Position numbers and translations under genes: made by a program. The notes below the pieces were generated by a model. That model was not told the DNA's origin. It saw nothing but the letters and a program-made list of their open reading frames with translations, and ran no database searches. 64,000 nucleotides of DNA from Candidatus Iainarchaeum sp. GTDB taxonomy: Archaea > Iainarchaeota > Iainarchaeia > Iainarchaeales > JAXPJC01. This document shows positions 47,657 through 57,558 of the stretch, piece after piece. The DNA is taken from the NCBI GenBank assembly GCA_016187745.1, contig JACPJC010000005.1:182668-246667 (forward strand). The letters run 5' to 3'. How positions within the stretch are numbered: position 1 is the stretch's first letter; each line of letters begins with the position of its first letter.

Positions 47657-48043
47657 ATGAGCAGGAATTTTGATGATGTTGCAAAACTCATAGATAAAAT
47701 GCTTTCCAAAAAAGGGGATGTTGCTGACAGGAGTTTATCGCTCAGCGCGGAAGCAGATAATTTAATTGAAGAGGCAAGGGAAGTCAAGCAGGAAACACTC
47801 AGGCGCAGGATTGATGCAAAGTGCTTGAAAGAAGAAATTGGTGATGTTCTCTGGGATGTCATCCTCCTGAGCAAGATTTCCGAAAAGAAAAAATTGTTTA
47901 CGCTTGATGAGATGCTTAAAGCGCTGAAAATTAAAATAAAAAAACGCAACCCGCATGTTTTCGGGAAGGAAAAGGCGAATTCACTGGAAGAGGCGGTTGA
48001 AGCAAAGAGAAGGGCAAAAAAGGAGTGGAAAGCAGAACAATAG
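47657..48043 (+). CDS. MazG nucleotide pyrophosphohydrolase
   Basis: EEAREV, EEIGDVL, RNPHVF. Confidence 0.88.
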   Translation: MSRNFDDVAKLIDKMLSKKGDVADRSLSLSAEADNLIEEAREVKQETLRRRIDAKCLKEEIGDVLWDVILLSKISEKKKLFTLDEMLKALKIKIKKRNPHVFGKEKANSLEEAVEAKRRAKKEWKAEQ

Positions 48044-48126
48044 TGCATTTTCAAGCCCAGAATTAATCATAATCTATTTAATTACTCCGCAGTAATATGC
48101 AAATACAAGCAAAAGGGGATTGTCGT

Positions 48127-48729
48127 ATGGGAATATACTCGCTAGTTCTGGTCCCTAATGCAGGGGATATAAGGCTTTTTGAAAAATTAATGGAAAGCGC
48201 TTCTGCCATTTCAGGCGCAAAGAAAAAGGGGATTCCCCCGCACATTTCACTAAGGGAAACATTTGAAACAAGGGATATTGATGGCCTGATGAACGAGATT
48301 TCCGGATTTGTAAATAAATTTTTTCCCATTAAAATAAGTTTTGATGGATATAAAATCCTGCACAGGGAATACGCAGTCCTGGAAGCAGTTAAAACAAGAA
48401 AACTTCAGGAGCTGCACAAAAAGACAGTAAAAGCAGTAGACAAGTACAGGACAAATTATGTCCTGGAGAAATACAAAAAAGGCAAAGCCAGCCTTACCAA
48501 AAAACAAAAGGCCTATCTGAATCTGCACGGCTATCCTTATTGCCTTTATTTTTATCTGCCCCACATGACATTGGTCTATGGGATTAACCCGAAGAAACTT
48601 GCAAAAGCCAAGGCGTTTCTGGGCAAGCAGAAAATCCCAAAAAGCATAAGGATTGGTGCGATTACGCTGCTCAAAAAGAGCAATGCCAGAAAGATGGAGT
48701 GGGCTAAAAAGCTCATCATATCAAAATAA
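48127..48729 (+). CDS. 2H phosphoesterase (2'-5' RNA ligase family)
   Basis: PHISL and PHMTL. Confidence 0.8.
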   Translation: MGIYSLVLVPNAGDIRLFEKLMESASAISGAKKKGIPPHISLRETFETRDIDGLMNEISGFVNKFFPIKISFDGYKILHREYAVLEAVKTRKLQELHKKTVKAVDKYRTNYVLEKYKKGKASLTKKQKAYLNLHGYPYCLYFYLPHMTLVYGINPKKLAKAKAFLGKQKIPKSIRIGAITLLKKSNARKMEWAKKLIISK

Positions 48730-48761
48730 CAAATAGCCTTGCTGTTGGTTTGTATATTATA

Positions 48762-50033
48762 TTATTTTCTAGGCTCATTCTCTATTAACCACTGCCATGC
48801 GGGTTTGACTATTATTTTTTTGTTAGATCTTGTTAGTTGTTGCTCCTGATATAACGTCAATATAATGCCCTGTTTTGCCTTTATCTGCCCCATAGCCTCT
48901 GTTAGGCCTTTAATTTCTCTGGATATGTTGCTTTCATTTAATTCATAGCATGCTTGCATCGCTTGTTTATCATCAACAATTACGAAATCACATTCCGCAT
49001 TAGTCTTTCCCTTGTAATAGTAAAACTCTTTTCCAAGCCTTTTCAATTGTATTGCTATAAGATTCTCCAGCAATACCCCTTTTTTTTCATTTATGTTCGG
49101 GGTGTTTTTCATCATTATTCCATTATCTATGCAATATACCTTCTTGGGATTTTTGTCAAATCGTTTAATTTTTCTTTCATATTTGTGCGTTGTAAATATG
49201 ATATAGGACTCTTCTGCGCATCCGATATATTTTTGGATGGTATTAATACTTTTTATGCCGAAATTGTTTATTATCGACCTATAAGTTATTGGATTCGCAA
49301 CATTTGCTATTAGGAATTTCAGCACCGCCTTAAGTTCAACAGGTTTCCTTATATTATGCCTGCTTACTATGTCTTTCTGTATTATGTCATTTATTACCTG
49401 GGTCAGAACCGCAGTGTTTGAAAACACAACCAATTCAGGCATGCCGCCATTTTCAAAATATTCCCTGAATTTTTTTGAGAAGAGGGCCCTTTCTTGCGTA
49501 GAATAAAGGCCTTTTTCAGGCAGCTTTATCTTGCATGCCCTGAGGAATTCTGTAAATGAAAAAGGATAAAGCTCTATGTCAACATGTCTTCCAGTAAGGT
49601 GTGTGCCAAGTTCCCTGCTCAGGAGATTTGCATTAGATCCCGTAATAAATACAGTGTAGCCTTCCCTCAATATCCTATTTATGAAAAGCTCCCAACCATT
49701 AATGTTTTGTATCTCATCAAAGAATACATTTCTCCTTTCTCCGAATAGCTCAATAAAGATTTCCATCAATGTCTGAAAATCTTCAGACTTGAAACCAGTT
49801 ATTCTTTCATCATCAAAGTTAAAATAGTAAAAATTATTCTCAAATTTCGCCCTGATTATCTGCTTCAAAAGAGTGCTTTTTCCGCATCTCCTTAATCCCT
49901 TGATTACAAATGCCGAAGTTCCCTTATACGAGGATATTTCAGGAAAGACGCTTCTTGGTACAGAATCTTCCAGAGATTCAAATTCCCTCAACTGGTCCTT
50001 TATTACAGTCCCCAAGACTGACCTTGGAATCAT
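48762..50033 (-). CDS. AAA+ ATPase with DUF4143 (COG1373)
   Basis: GLRRCGKST, FDEIQ, TGSN, GGMPE, KVYCIDNG, ECDF. Confidence 0.9.
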   Translation of the reverse strand: MIPRSVLGTVIKDQLREFESLEDSVPRSVFPEISSYKGTSAFVIKGLRRCGKSTLLKQIIRAKFENNFYYFNFDDERITGFKSEDFQTLMEIFIELFGERRNVFFDEIQNINGWELFINRILREGYTVFITGSNANLLSRELGTHLTGRHVDIELYPFSFTEFLRACKIKLPEKGLYSTQERALFSKKFREYFENGGMPELVVFSNTAVLTQVINDIIQKDIVSRHNIRKPVELKAVLKFLIANVANPITYRSIINNFGIKSINTIQKYIGCAEESYIIFTTHKYERKIKRFDKNPKKVYCIDNGIMMKNTPNINEKKGVLLENLIAIQLKRLGKEFYYYKGKTNAECDFVIVDDKQAMQACYELNESNISREIKGLTEAMGQIKAKQGIILTLYQEQQLTRSNKKIIVKPAWQWLIENEPRK

Positions 50034-50078
50034 AAAGATAATATGCAACAAAAGGTATATAAATATTGACTATTGTAA

Positions 50079-50104
50079 TGAACAATAATGCCTAGTATTG
50101 TTCA
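50079..50104. promoter_or_regulatory. Inverted repeat upstream of the ATPase
   Basis: TGAACAATA-N8-TATTGTTCA. Confidence 0.4.
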
Positions 50105-50182
50105 ATATAATGAACATTATTAAGAGGGCAGGAAGTTGTGGCGGATAAGGGAAATTTAAGCAGATTTGATTTTAAACCAAAT

Positions 50183-50201
50183 GGTTGATTTTTGTTCAAC
50201 C
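50183..50201. promoter_or_regulatory. Inverted repeat upstream of the wHTH gene
   Basis: GGTTGA-N7-TCAACC following TTTAAA. Confidence 0.4.
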
Positions 50202-50238
50202 GCAGGTATATTAATCCTCAGAGCAGGGATTCTGAAAG

Positions 50239-50556
50239 ATGAGTGCAATGTATGAAATGACAAGAGTTCTTTCAGCAAAAACTGCAAAGCGCAGGACCCT
50301 TGCAGACCTTGCAGTTGCCATCCTGGGAAAGGAATGGCCTCTTTCCTTAAATGCCATACATCAAAGAATAACCAAAGGGCATGGAAAAGCCGCATCAATC
50401 CAGGCAACCCATAAGAGCCTTGCAAGGCTTGTAAAGCAGAACATTCTTCTGAAGCAGAAAAAACGCTACAGATTGAGCCCGAAATGGCTTGAGCAAGTCA
50501 ATAATTTCAGCATGCAGACAAAAGAGGCATATGCAACCGGAGGCATTAAAAAATGA
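50239..50556 (+). CDS. Winged-helix protein (EWPLS family)
   Basis: IL..EWPLS..I......S.QA.HKSL..L....Y.L...W, shared with 62600-63454. Confidence 0.75.
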   Translation: MSAMYEMTRVLSAKTAKRRTLADLAVAILGKEWPLSLNAIHQRITKGHGKAASIQATHKSLARLVKQNILLKQKKRYRLSPKWLEQVNNFSMQTKEAYATGGIKK

Positions 50557-50733
50557 AGAGAGCCGCCCATTTGTTCTGCAATTCTCCAGCATTTATAATT
50601 ACTTGCGGCAATAGTATAAATCGGGGTCGTGGGGGTTTGAGGCAGTTGATAGGGAGAAATGGGATTCTTGCGATATGTAGGTAAATCAATCAACATAATT
50701 TTACACTATAATTAATTCAAAAACAGCAAAAGA

Positions 50734-52335
50734 GTGAAAAAGAACATGCAATTTAATATGTCAAATAGTCAAATTTATGTGGCTGGTTCTCCAGCAGTAG
50801 GAAAAAACCTATTTTGCCCATTATTATCAGAAAAGACAAACTCAAAATACATAAGATTTAATACCTTAATAAATAATAAGAATAAATTTCGTGTATCGGA
50901 TTATATTGTTGAATACAAGAAAAATAACGTTTTTGCCTATTATAATTATAAAACACTCCAAGTGGTTTACGGAAAAAAGAAGCTTAAACGAATAATGGAT
51001 GAATATAAAAAACCTAAAAATTTGAAAACCTATCTTGCAAAGTCCTCAACAAAAAACACTACACTAAAAACAATTCTTAATACACTCATCCGTGAAGAAT
51101 ACTTAGTTAGTGGAACTGAAGGCCCGATTTTAAATAATGCGAAACTTGAAGAACGCAATCGAATCAACCCAAATTTATTACGAATTTTACTGACGTTTGA
51201 TTGCAATCTAGAATGCAAATACTGTCAAATCAGAACCAATCTTTTTAGTGAGTATAACAAACCAGTTACTAAAGAAGAAATCGACAAAGCCTTTGCATTG
51301 TTCAAGAAAAACAATAATGAATACAATATAATTTCTTTGTCTGGTGGAGAACCAATGCTCACTTTTGATTTAGTAAAGTATGTCGTAGAAAAATCCAAAA
51401 AAGAATTCAAACCTGGAAAATACCATATAGTATTGTCCTCTAATGGAACACTGATTACAGACTGCATCGCAGAGTATGTTGCCAAAAAAAACTTGTTGCC
51501 AATTATTTCCCTGGATGGTCAAGAAAAAGACAACAAAATGCGCATTTACCACAACGGCTTAGAATCCTACAAAAACATTCTTGCCGGAATTGAAACCCTA
51601 AAAAGACACAACTGCAAAAACATTGCCATTTCAATGACAATCGGAGCTCACAACATAAAAAACATCAAAAAAACAATGCAAAACATTATCAACAAAATCA
51701 ATCCAGTAAGCGTTGGCTACAATTTCGTTCACTATCCCTACTTTAATAATCAACATTACTCTCTTCCTGATATTAATGATTACTCAAAAGCAGTCATTCA
51801 CATTTTTACCGAACTTCGAAAGCACAAAATTTATGATGAGCAATTTTTCCGAAGACTCCAACCTTTTGTAGAACGAAAAATCCGAATAAAAGAATGCTCG
51901 GCACTCGGCGGCGCACTTAACCTCGTTCCTGGTGGCTTCATTGGTCCATGCAAAACACTCTTGGCAAGCAAACACTTCTCCCAACCAATTGATAAAACAG
52001 AAAACTTAGGGGGTTCCAAGATTTTTACTGCATTTTCGAACCGAAGCACATTAACATTGGATGAGTGTAAGAATTGTGTAGCCAGAACCATTTGTGGTGG
52101 AGGATGTACATTTGATTCCTTTGTAACGTATCACGATATTTTCCATGTAGACAAACGGAACTGCGAATATATCAGAAAAGTATTAGAATTTATGATTTGG
52201 GATCTATACAGACTAACTTCAAAGAAAAAAACTGATGTTTTGATTCCGACCAACAAGGATCGCAAAAAAATGTATGGGGGCATTAAACTTTTGAGTACCA
52301 CCCTTACAGAATCCGTTGGCCATAAAATATATTGA
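50734..52335 (+). CDS. Radical SAM/SPASM protein
   Basis: CNLECKYC, GGEP, SLDG; SPASM C..PC..CKNC...CGGGC..C. Confidence 0.92.
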   Translation: MKKNMQFNMSNSQIYVAGSPAVGKNLFCPLLSEKTNSKYIRFNTLINNKNKFRVSDYIVEYKKNNVFAYYNYKTLQVVYGKKKLKRIMDEYKKPKNLKTYLAKSSTKNTTLKTILNTLIREEYLVSGTEGPILNNAKLEERNRINPNLLRILLTFDCNLECKYCQIRTNLFSEYNKPVTKEEIDKAFALFKKNNNEYNIISLSGGEPMLTFDLVKYVVEKSKKEFKPGKYHIVLSSNGTLITDCIAEYVAKKNLLPIISLDGQEKDNKMRIYHNGLESYKNILAGIETLKRHNCKNIAISMTIGAHNIKNIKKTMQNIINKINPVSVGYNFVHYPYFNNQHYSLPDINDYSKAVIHIFTELRKHKIYDEQFFRRLQPFVERKIRIKECSALGGALNLVPGGFIGPCKTLLASKHFSQPIDKTENLGGSKIFTAFSNRSTLTLDECKNCVARTICGGGCTFDSFVTYHDIFHVDKRNCEYIRKVLEFMIWDLYRLTSKKKTDVLIPTNKDRKKMYGGIKLLSTTLTESVGHKIY

Positions 52336-52463
52336 AATATACTTCCCACATACCTTCTCCAACATATTGAGCGTCTTTCGTTCATGAATTATGATCTATT
52401 CAATAACACAACGAAAAACCTTTGTATTTATATTAATTTTCAAATAGAATAATATTGATAAAA

Positions 52464-53759
52464 ATGATTAATCCAAAACTTATTCGAAAAGAATTTGAGT
52501 TTGTCAAGAAAAACTTGGAAAGACGCAGAGACCAAAAAACAATACAAATTCTGACAGACTGGTATGCTCAAGACAAAGAATTACTCCCACTTCAACAAGA
52601 AATAGATTTTTTGAGATCAAAAATAAATAAAATCAATCAACAAATAATAGTAGAAAAACTAAGCGAAAAAGATATTAAACCACTTGTAGCCGAAGCAAAA
52701 ATAACAGCCCAGGTTATTAAAGAAAAAGAAGTACGTCTTAGTGCCTTAAAAATAACTCATCGTGATTTACTGATGCGAATTCCAAACCTACTAGATGAAT
52801 CGGTTCCAGTGGGAAATGATGGTAGCGAAAATCAAGTCATAAAAAGAGTGGGGAGTATAATTGAACCGGATTTTGAACCGAAACATCACGGGCAATTAGC
52901 TACAGAACTTGGTGTAACCGATTTTGAAAGGGCCGTTAACCTATCGGGTGCAGGTTTTTACATTTTGAAAGGAGACTTAGCACTCTTAAATTTAGCAATA
53001 GTAAACTACGCAGTGAACAAATTAGCAAAAAAAGGGTTTACCTTTGTCATCACACCAGGCATGATAAAACGAAAACCCTATGAAGGAGTAATTAATCTTG
53101 CAGACTTCCAAGATATGTTATATAAGGTAGAGAAAGAAGACTATTACCTCATTGCAACTGCCGAACATCCTTTAATCGCAATGCACATAGGCGAAACATT
53201 TGACTCTAAAGATTTACCTATAAAATACATGGGATACACAACGAACTACAGAAAAGAAATTGGTGCCCACGGATTAGATGAAAGAGGGCTTTTTCGATTA
53301 CACCAATTTGATAAAGTAGAACAAACAATTATTTGTGAACCGGAAGAAAGCAAAAAATGGCATGAAGAATTATTAAAAAACGCTGAAGAAATAGTCAACG
53401 ATTTTGAAATACCTTACCAGGTCATTTCAATTTGTGATGGAGACATTGGACTAGTCGCAGCTAAGAAGTATGATATTGAGGCATGGTCACCGCGTGAAAA
53501 AAAATACTTTGAAACTCATTCCTTATCAAATTGCACAACTTATCAATCGTTGCGATTAAATATTAAGTACAAAAACAGCAAAATAAAGGATTATGTTCAC
53601 ACCCTAAATGCAACTGCAGTTGCTGTACCTCGCATGCTAAGAGCAATCATCGAAAATTATCAAACAAAGGATGGAACAATAAAAATTCCAAAAGTGTTGC
53701 AACCAAATATGGGTGGAAAAAAAGAAATAATGAAGAGCCGTCCAGAAAGAATAAACTAG
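52464..53759 (+). CDS. serS: Seryl-tRNA synthetase (island copy)
   Basis: Coiled-coil arm, IPN..VPVG, LIATAEHP, YRKE..GLFRLHQFDKVE, HTLNAT..PR. Confidence 0.93.
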   Translation: MINPKLIRKEFEFVKKNLERRRDQKTIQILTDWYAQDKELLPLQQEIDFLRSKINKINQQIIVEKLSEKDIKPLVAEAKITAQVIKEKEVRLSALKITHRDLLMRIPNLLDESVPVGNDGSENQVIKRVGSIIEPDFEPKHHGQLATELGVTDFERAVNLSGAGFYILKGDLALLNLAIVNYAVNKLAKKGFTFVITPGMIKRKPYEGVINLADFQDMLYKVEKEDYYLIATAEHPLIAMHIGETFDSKDLPIKYMGYTTNYRKEIGAHGLDERGLFRLHQFDKVEQTIICEPEESKKWHEELLKNAEEIVNDFEIPYQVISICDGDIGLVAAKKYDIEAWSPREKKYFETHSLSNCTTYQSLRLNIKYKNSKIKDYVHTLNATAVAVPRMLRAIIENYQTKDGTIKIPKVLQPNMGGKKEIMKSRPERIN

Positions 53760-54925
53760 TCGAACAACTTCTCCAAAAACTCTTCTGTAATTACATTATT
53801 TCCCCCGTTTGATTTCTTATACTTTTTAAAAGCTTGGAAAATGTCATTGTCAGATTTCTTGATTCCAAATGACTTAAGTGTTTTAATGAAACAGCCTAAA
53901 CTACTATTAATGGTAAGAGGAAAATCAGTCCGTTTCCCCCATTGTTCGAAATTGACTACTTGAAAAGAAAATGGATCTTTTTTCATCCAGTCTTGGTGAA
54001 TACCTGACGCGTGTTTTGACACCCACTCCCCAACAACCGGTGTGTGCAACGAAAGGGGGTTATATTTAATTATTTTTTTTAAAGCTTCAACAGCCAGCAA
54101 GGCATTTTCAGATTGAAAGTTTATTTTTTTATGAAAATAATCCCTTCGGCTTAAAAGGCTGGCAATAACTGCTTCTTTTTGCGCGTTTCCCGCCCTCTCA
54201 CCAATACCCGCAACAGTAACTTCTGCTTGTTTTGCACCAGCTTGAATTCCTAAAATAGTGTTTGCAACAGCTAATCCTAAATCATTGTGGGTATGAACAC
54301 TTAATATTGTCCTGTCTCTCACTTTTTCTTTAACTCGTTTAACTAAAGAATAGTATTCTAACGGTAATGCAAAGCCAGGGCTGTCTGCCAAAGTAATAAT
54401 TTTAGCCCCTGCTGATTCAGCAGCAAGTACAGTAAGCAAAAGGTATTTCCAATTTAATCGAACTGCATCAACCGCACAATATTGAATTTGTAAGCCGGGA
54501 TAAAGTTCTTTAGCATACTTAATACTCTCTACAATTTGCTTTTTTGCCGACTTTATGTTCAGCCCTAATGTTTTATCTTTTTTTGTCGTGCTCCCTGCAA
54601 TGAACAGATAAATTCTACCCCTTCCAGAAGAAATTGCCGGTTCAAGTGCCGCAACTGTTTTTTCAACATCCTCCAATTTACACCTTGAAATAGCAGAAAT
54701 TACAACAGGCCACTTCTCAAGTGCGCAAGATTCGCTTATTTTTTTAACTGCTTTAAAATCTTGGCCGTGTGCGGCAGGAAATCCACATTCAATGACGTCC
54801 GCTTGTCTGTTCTTTCCAAGAAAACGCGCAAATTTTAGCTTTTGTTTCCAGTTTAAATTACCCTCTGCTGTTTGAACTCCATCACGCAAAGTTGTATCAT
54901 ACACAAATATCTTGTTCACACGCAT
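53756..54925 (-). CDS. LeuA/homocitrate-synthase-like DRE-TIM Claisen synthase lacking the regulatory domain
   Basis: DTTLRDG, HTHNDLG, GIGERAGN, HASGIHQD. Confidence 0.9.
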   Translation of the reverse strand: MRVNKIFVYDTTLRDGVQTAEGNLNWKQKLKFARFLGKNRQADVIECGFPAAHGQDFKAVKKISESCALEKWPVVISAISRCKLEDVEKTVAALEPAISSGRGRIYLFIAGSTTKKDKTLGLNIKSAKKQIVESIKYAKELYPGLQIQYCAVDAVRLNWKYLLLTVLAAESAGAKIITLADSPGFALPLEYYSLVKRVKEKVRDRTILSVHTHNDLGLAVANTILGIQAGAKQAEVTVAGIGERAGNAQKEAVIASLLSRRDYFHKKINFQSENALLAVEALKKIIKYNPLSLHTPVVGEWVSKHASGIHQDWMKKDPFSFQVVNFEQWGKRTDFPLTINSSLGCFIKTLKSFGIKKSDNDIFQAFKKYKKSNGGNNVITEEFLEKLFD

Positions 54926-55173
54926 TTAGTTACCTTTTTTATTCTCTTCTCTAGAAAGTTAATTATATCCCCGACTTTTTCAACTTCAATAATCTGTTTC
55001 AATGACATCTTAACTCCAAATTCCTTTTCAATAGCATCAATGAGTTTTATGTGATTTAACGAATCCCACGATTGAAAATCATTTGGAGTCATTTTTGGAG
55101 AAATATTGATTGTTTTGTCTCCAAAAAAATCCCTAAAAACTTTGTTCAATCGTATTGAGATATCACTTTTCAT
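54916..55173 (-). CDS. Acyl carrier protein
   Basis: WDSL Ser motif; IEKEFGV. Confidence 0.9.
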   Translation of the reverse strand: MKSDISIRLNKVFRDFFGDKTINISPKMTPNDFQSWDSLNHIKLIDAIEKEFGVKMSLKQIIEVEKVGDIINFLEKRIKKVTKCV

Positions 55174-56983
55174 TTGACTCACACACATGTACTTTCAACG
55201 GTTTAAAGTTTGAAACATTCAGCACCCAAACAGAATTGTTTTTTGTTGAACTCTTTCTTGAAAAACCTAATTTACCATACAAATCACGAACTATCTCATT
55301 TTTTTGAGTCTTGTTATACTTTCCAATAACAAACTTCTTCTTCAATCTAATGGCCTGTTTAATGACCCAATTAATTACAAACTTTTCGATGTCTCTAGAA
55401 AAAACTCTGCAACTCATTACCCAATTGAGAATAACCAATGCATCATTTTTCTGTTGTAGCACCATTGCGCTAATAGATCCTGAATCTCCAAATTTATCAT
55501 TTAAATCAAAGACCGTAAACATTTTCAAATTATTGTCTTTTAATTCTGTTTCTGAAAACCTTTCCCCCGTGAGATTAAATTGATTGCATCGCTGAAACAG
55601 TTGTACGGCTCTTGGAGCATAAAAATCTTCATTATAATGAATATTACAAACCATGGTAAGGCTATCTAAAAACTCCCCTAAATCTTTAAACTTTGATTTG
55701 TGTTCATTTCTCAAAGTATTTACTTTATAATATTCCGTTCTTCGAACGTCTTCTTCAGTAAACGAAGCCGACTCAAACAGATTTAGCTCTTGTAAAAATG
55801 TGATATACTCAACAGGGTCTTCCGGCAAGTCAGGAACACAGATCCCCCAACAGCAGCTTTCTACCAATTCTCGTTCAACAGGATCATCGTCAAAAAAAAC
55901 CATTGAATCTATTTCGATGTTCAACTCTTTAGCTATTTTTTTTATGTTGGTTGCTTTATCTTGCCAATTTATTGCAAAAAATGAAATATCATTTTCTCTC
56001 AAAATCATATCTGGGTGTTCTCGGAAAACTTTTATTGCATTCTCAAATGAATTCTTGCTACAAACAGCCAGTATTATCCCTCTCTGCTTCAAATTTTTCA
56101 AGTATTGTTGAATTCGTGTGAAAGCTTCTCCGAAAGCAGTTCCCCCTATTGCAATCTTTTCAATACCGTCCTCTGCCACTATACCGCCCCACACAAAATT
56201 ATCCAAATCAAATACAACACATTTTTTTGTTTTTCCTTTTACTGCCAAAATTATATCACAAATGTTTTTGGCAATATGGGCAGTAAAATCCAGGGAAGGA
56301 TAACTTTTTGAGTAATGCCATATGCGATAGTCCGTCCAATTTTTTCTCCCAAAATAAGAGGATAAAAAGTCTACGTCGTTTATGAAAACATTTTTGTAGG
56401 TTCTAGCGACGGATGAGATTTCTAAGTTTAATCGGATTATTGCTTCTTTAAAGGAAAAAAGTTTGTTTTCGTAATTGCCAAACTCTCTCCAAGTATCTAC
56501 TTCGAAATTGCTCTGAATAATACTGCATGTAATTCTTTCATTAATTGAGTTCCAAAGTGAAATGATTTTTTTAGTTTCTTGTTTTACAAAAGTGTTAAAC
56601 TCCCTTTTGTTAGCAAAAATAAAATTTTTTCTATTAAGCAACAAGAGATTATTGTTAATCACAACTATCTGGGGTTTGAAAGTAATCAGCTTTGAATCAC
56701 GGTTCAAAAATTCCTGTATCGTTGAGTTAAAATTACCAAAATAGAATTTTGGCGAAAAACCATTGATCAATAAGAATGACTTTAGTGCGGGTTCAAATAG
56801 TTTAGAAGCACTATTGCCAAAAATAGCAATACGTATTATTGGCAACCCTTTCGAATCCATTTCTTCTGCAATTTTGCATATTTCATTGTATGACTGCATT
56901 CTATCACACGACCGAAAGTACTGCCTTACCACTATGGCTGGCTGGTGAACGGTTGCTTTTATCTCTTTCTTGAAATATTTCAT
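55163..56983 (-). CDS. FkbH-like HAD-IIIC glyceryl transferase
   Basis: DLDNFVWGG, CSKN, NWQDKA, FFDD, NQFNLT, MSCRV. Confidence 0.92.
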   Translation of the reverse strand: MKYFKKEIKATVHQPAIVVRQYFRSCDRMQSYNEICKIAEEMDSKGLPIIRIAIFGNSASKLFEPALKSFLLINGFSPKFYFGNFNSTIQEFLNRDSKLITFKPQIVVINNNLLLLNRKNFIFANKREFNTFVKQETKKIISLWNSINERITCSIIQSNFEVDTWREFGNYENKLFSFKEAIIRLNLEISSVARTYKNVFINDVDFLSSYFGRKNWTDYRIWHYSKSYPSLDFTAHIAKNICDIILAVKGKTKKCVVFDLDNFVWGGIVAEDGIEKIAIGGTAFGEAFTRIQQYLKNLKQRGIILAVCSKNSFENAIKVFREHPDMILRENDISFFAINWQDKATNIKKIAKELNIEIDSMVFFDDDPVERELVESCCWGICVPDLPEDPVEYITFLQELNLFESASFTEEDVRRTEYYKVNTLRNEHKSKFKDLGEFLDSLTMVCNIHYNEDFYAPRAVQLFQRCNQFNLTGERFSETELKDNNLKMFTVFDLNDKFGDSGSISAMVLQQKNDALVILNWVMSCRVFSRDIEKFVINWVIKQAIRLKKKFVIGKYNKTQKNEIVRDLYGKLGFSRKSSTKNNSVWVLNVSNFKPLKVHVCESNEK

Positions 56984-57180
56984 TGTTGTCGCGCGCAGCC
57001 GCCAAAGGTGGCCCTCTAGTGGCGGGATAGGAGACTAAGCTATGGATAAAATAAATGGCATAAGCTATAAAAAAGGGAATGATACAAGAAGCAACTGGAT
57101 AATGTTCATTAAAACATTCGTTACTTGTGCCCTTAACGATACGGCCTTCGCTAATTGGCTCCGATTATTCTAAGCTCTTT

Positions 57181-57558
57181 TTAGGTTTCTTTATAATCTC
57201 GCTTCTTTGGGAGCATTATTGTCATAGCAATGGCAAAATCTGCTGAATGGGAAATGCTAGATAAAAAAGAAACACGGGGGAGTTTTTTTACTGAAATTAA
57301 AATTGCCCTGTCTTTTTTGGGTTCAATTCGGATGTCTTTTAATCCTAGTTTTACGGTATTCGCGCAAGCTTTTATTGTAGCTTCTTTGGCACAAAAGATT
57401 CCTGCAAAAGAAGCGGCTGTGTTTTTTCTTTTTTTAAGGCAGTACTTAATTTCATTTTCTAAAAATATTTTTTTAAAGAACATTTTATTTTCTTTGTAAC
57501 TTTTGTTGAATCGGCTTATCTTTTCAATGTCAATTCCCACCCCTTGCATTTTTTTCAC
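57181..57558 (-). CDS. acpS: Holo-ACP synthase (PPTase)
   Basis: GVGIDI, FCAKEA..KA, SISH. Confidence 0.9.
   Translation of the reverse strand: MKKMQGVGIDIEKISRFNKSYKENKMFFKKIFLENEIKYCLKKRKNTAASFAGIFCAKEATIKACANTVKLGLKDIRIEPKKDRAILISVKKLPRVSFLSSISHSADFAIAMTIMLPKKRDYKET

Noticed and set aside
53756-54925. Phosphonate pathway (FrbC-like synthase) or housekeeping leucine biosynthesis
   Set aside because: No PEP mutase and no leuBCD in the window; kept only as a generic Claisen synthase.
56990-57050. GC-rich hairpin (CCGCCA...TGGCGG) between acpS and fkbH as an IS200/605 end or riboswitch
   Set aside because: Single short stem with no transposase or second copy; cannot be assigned.
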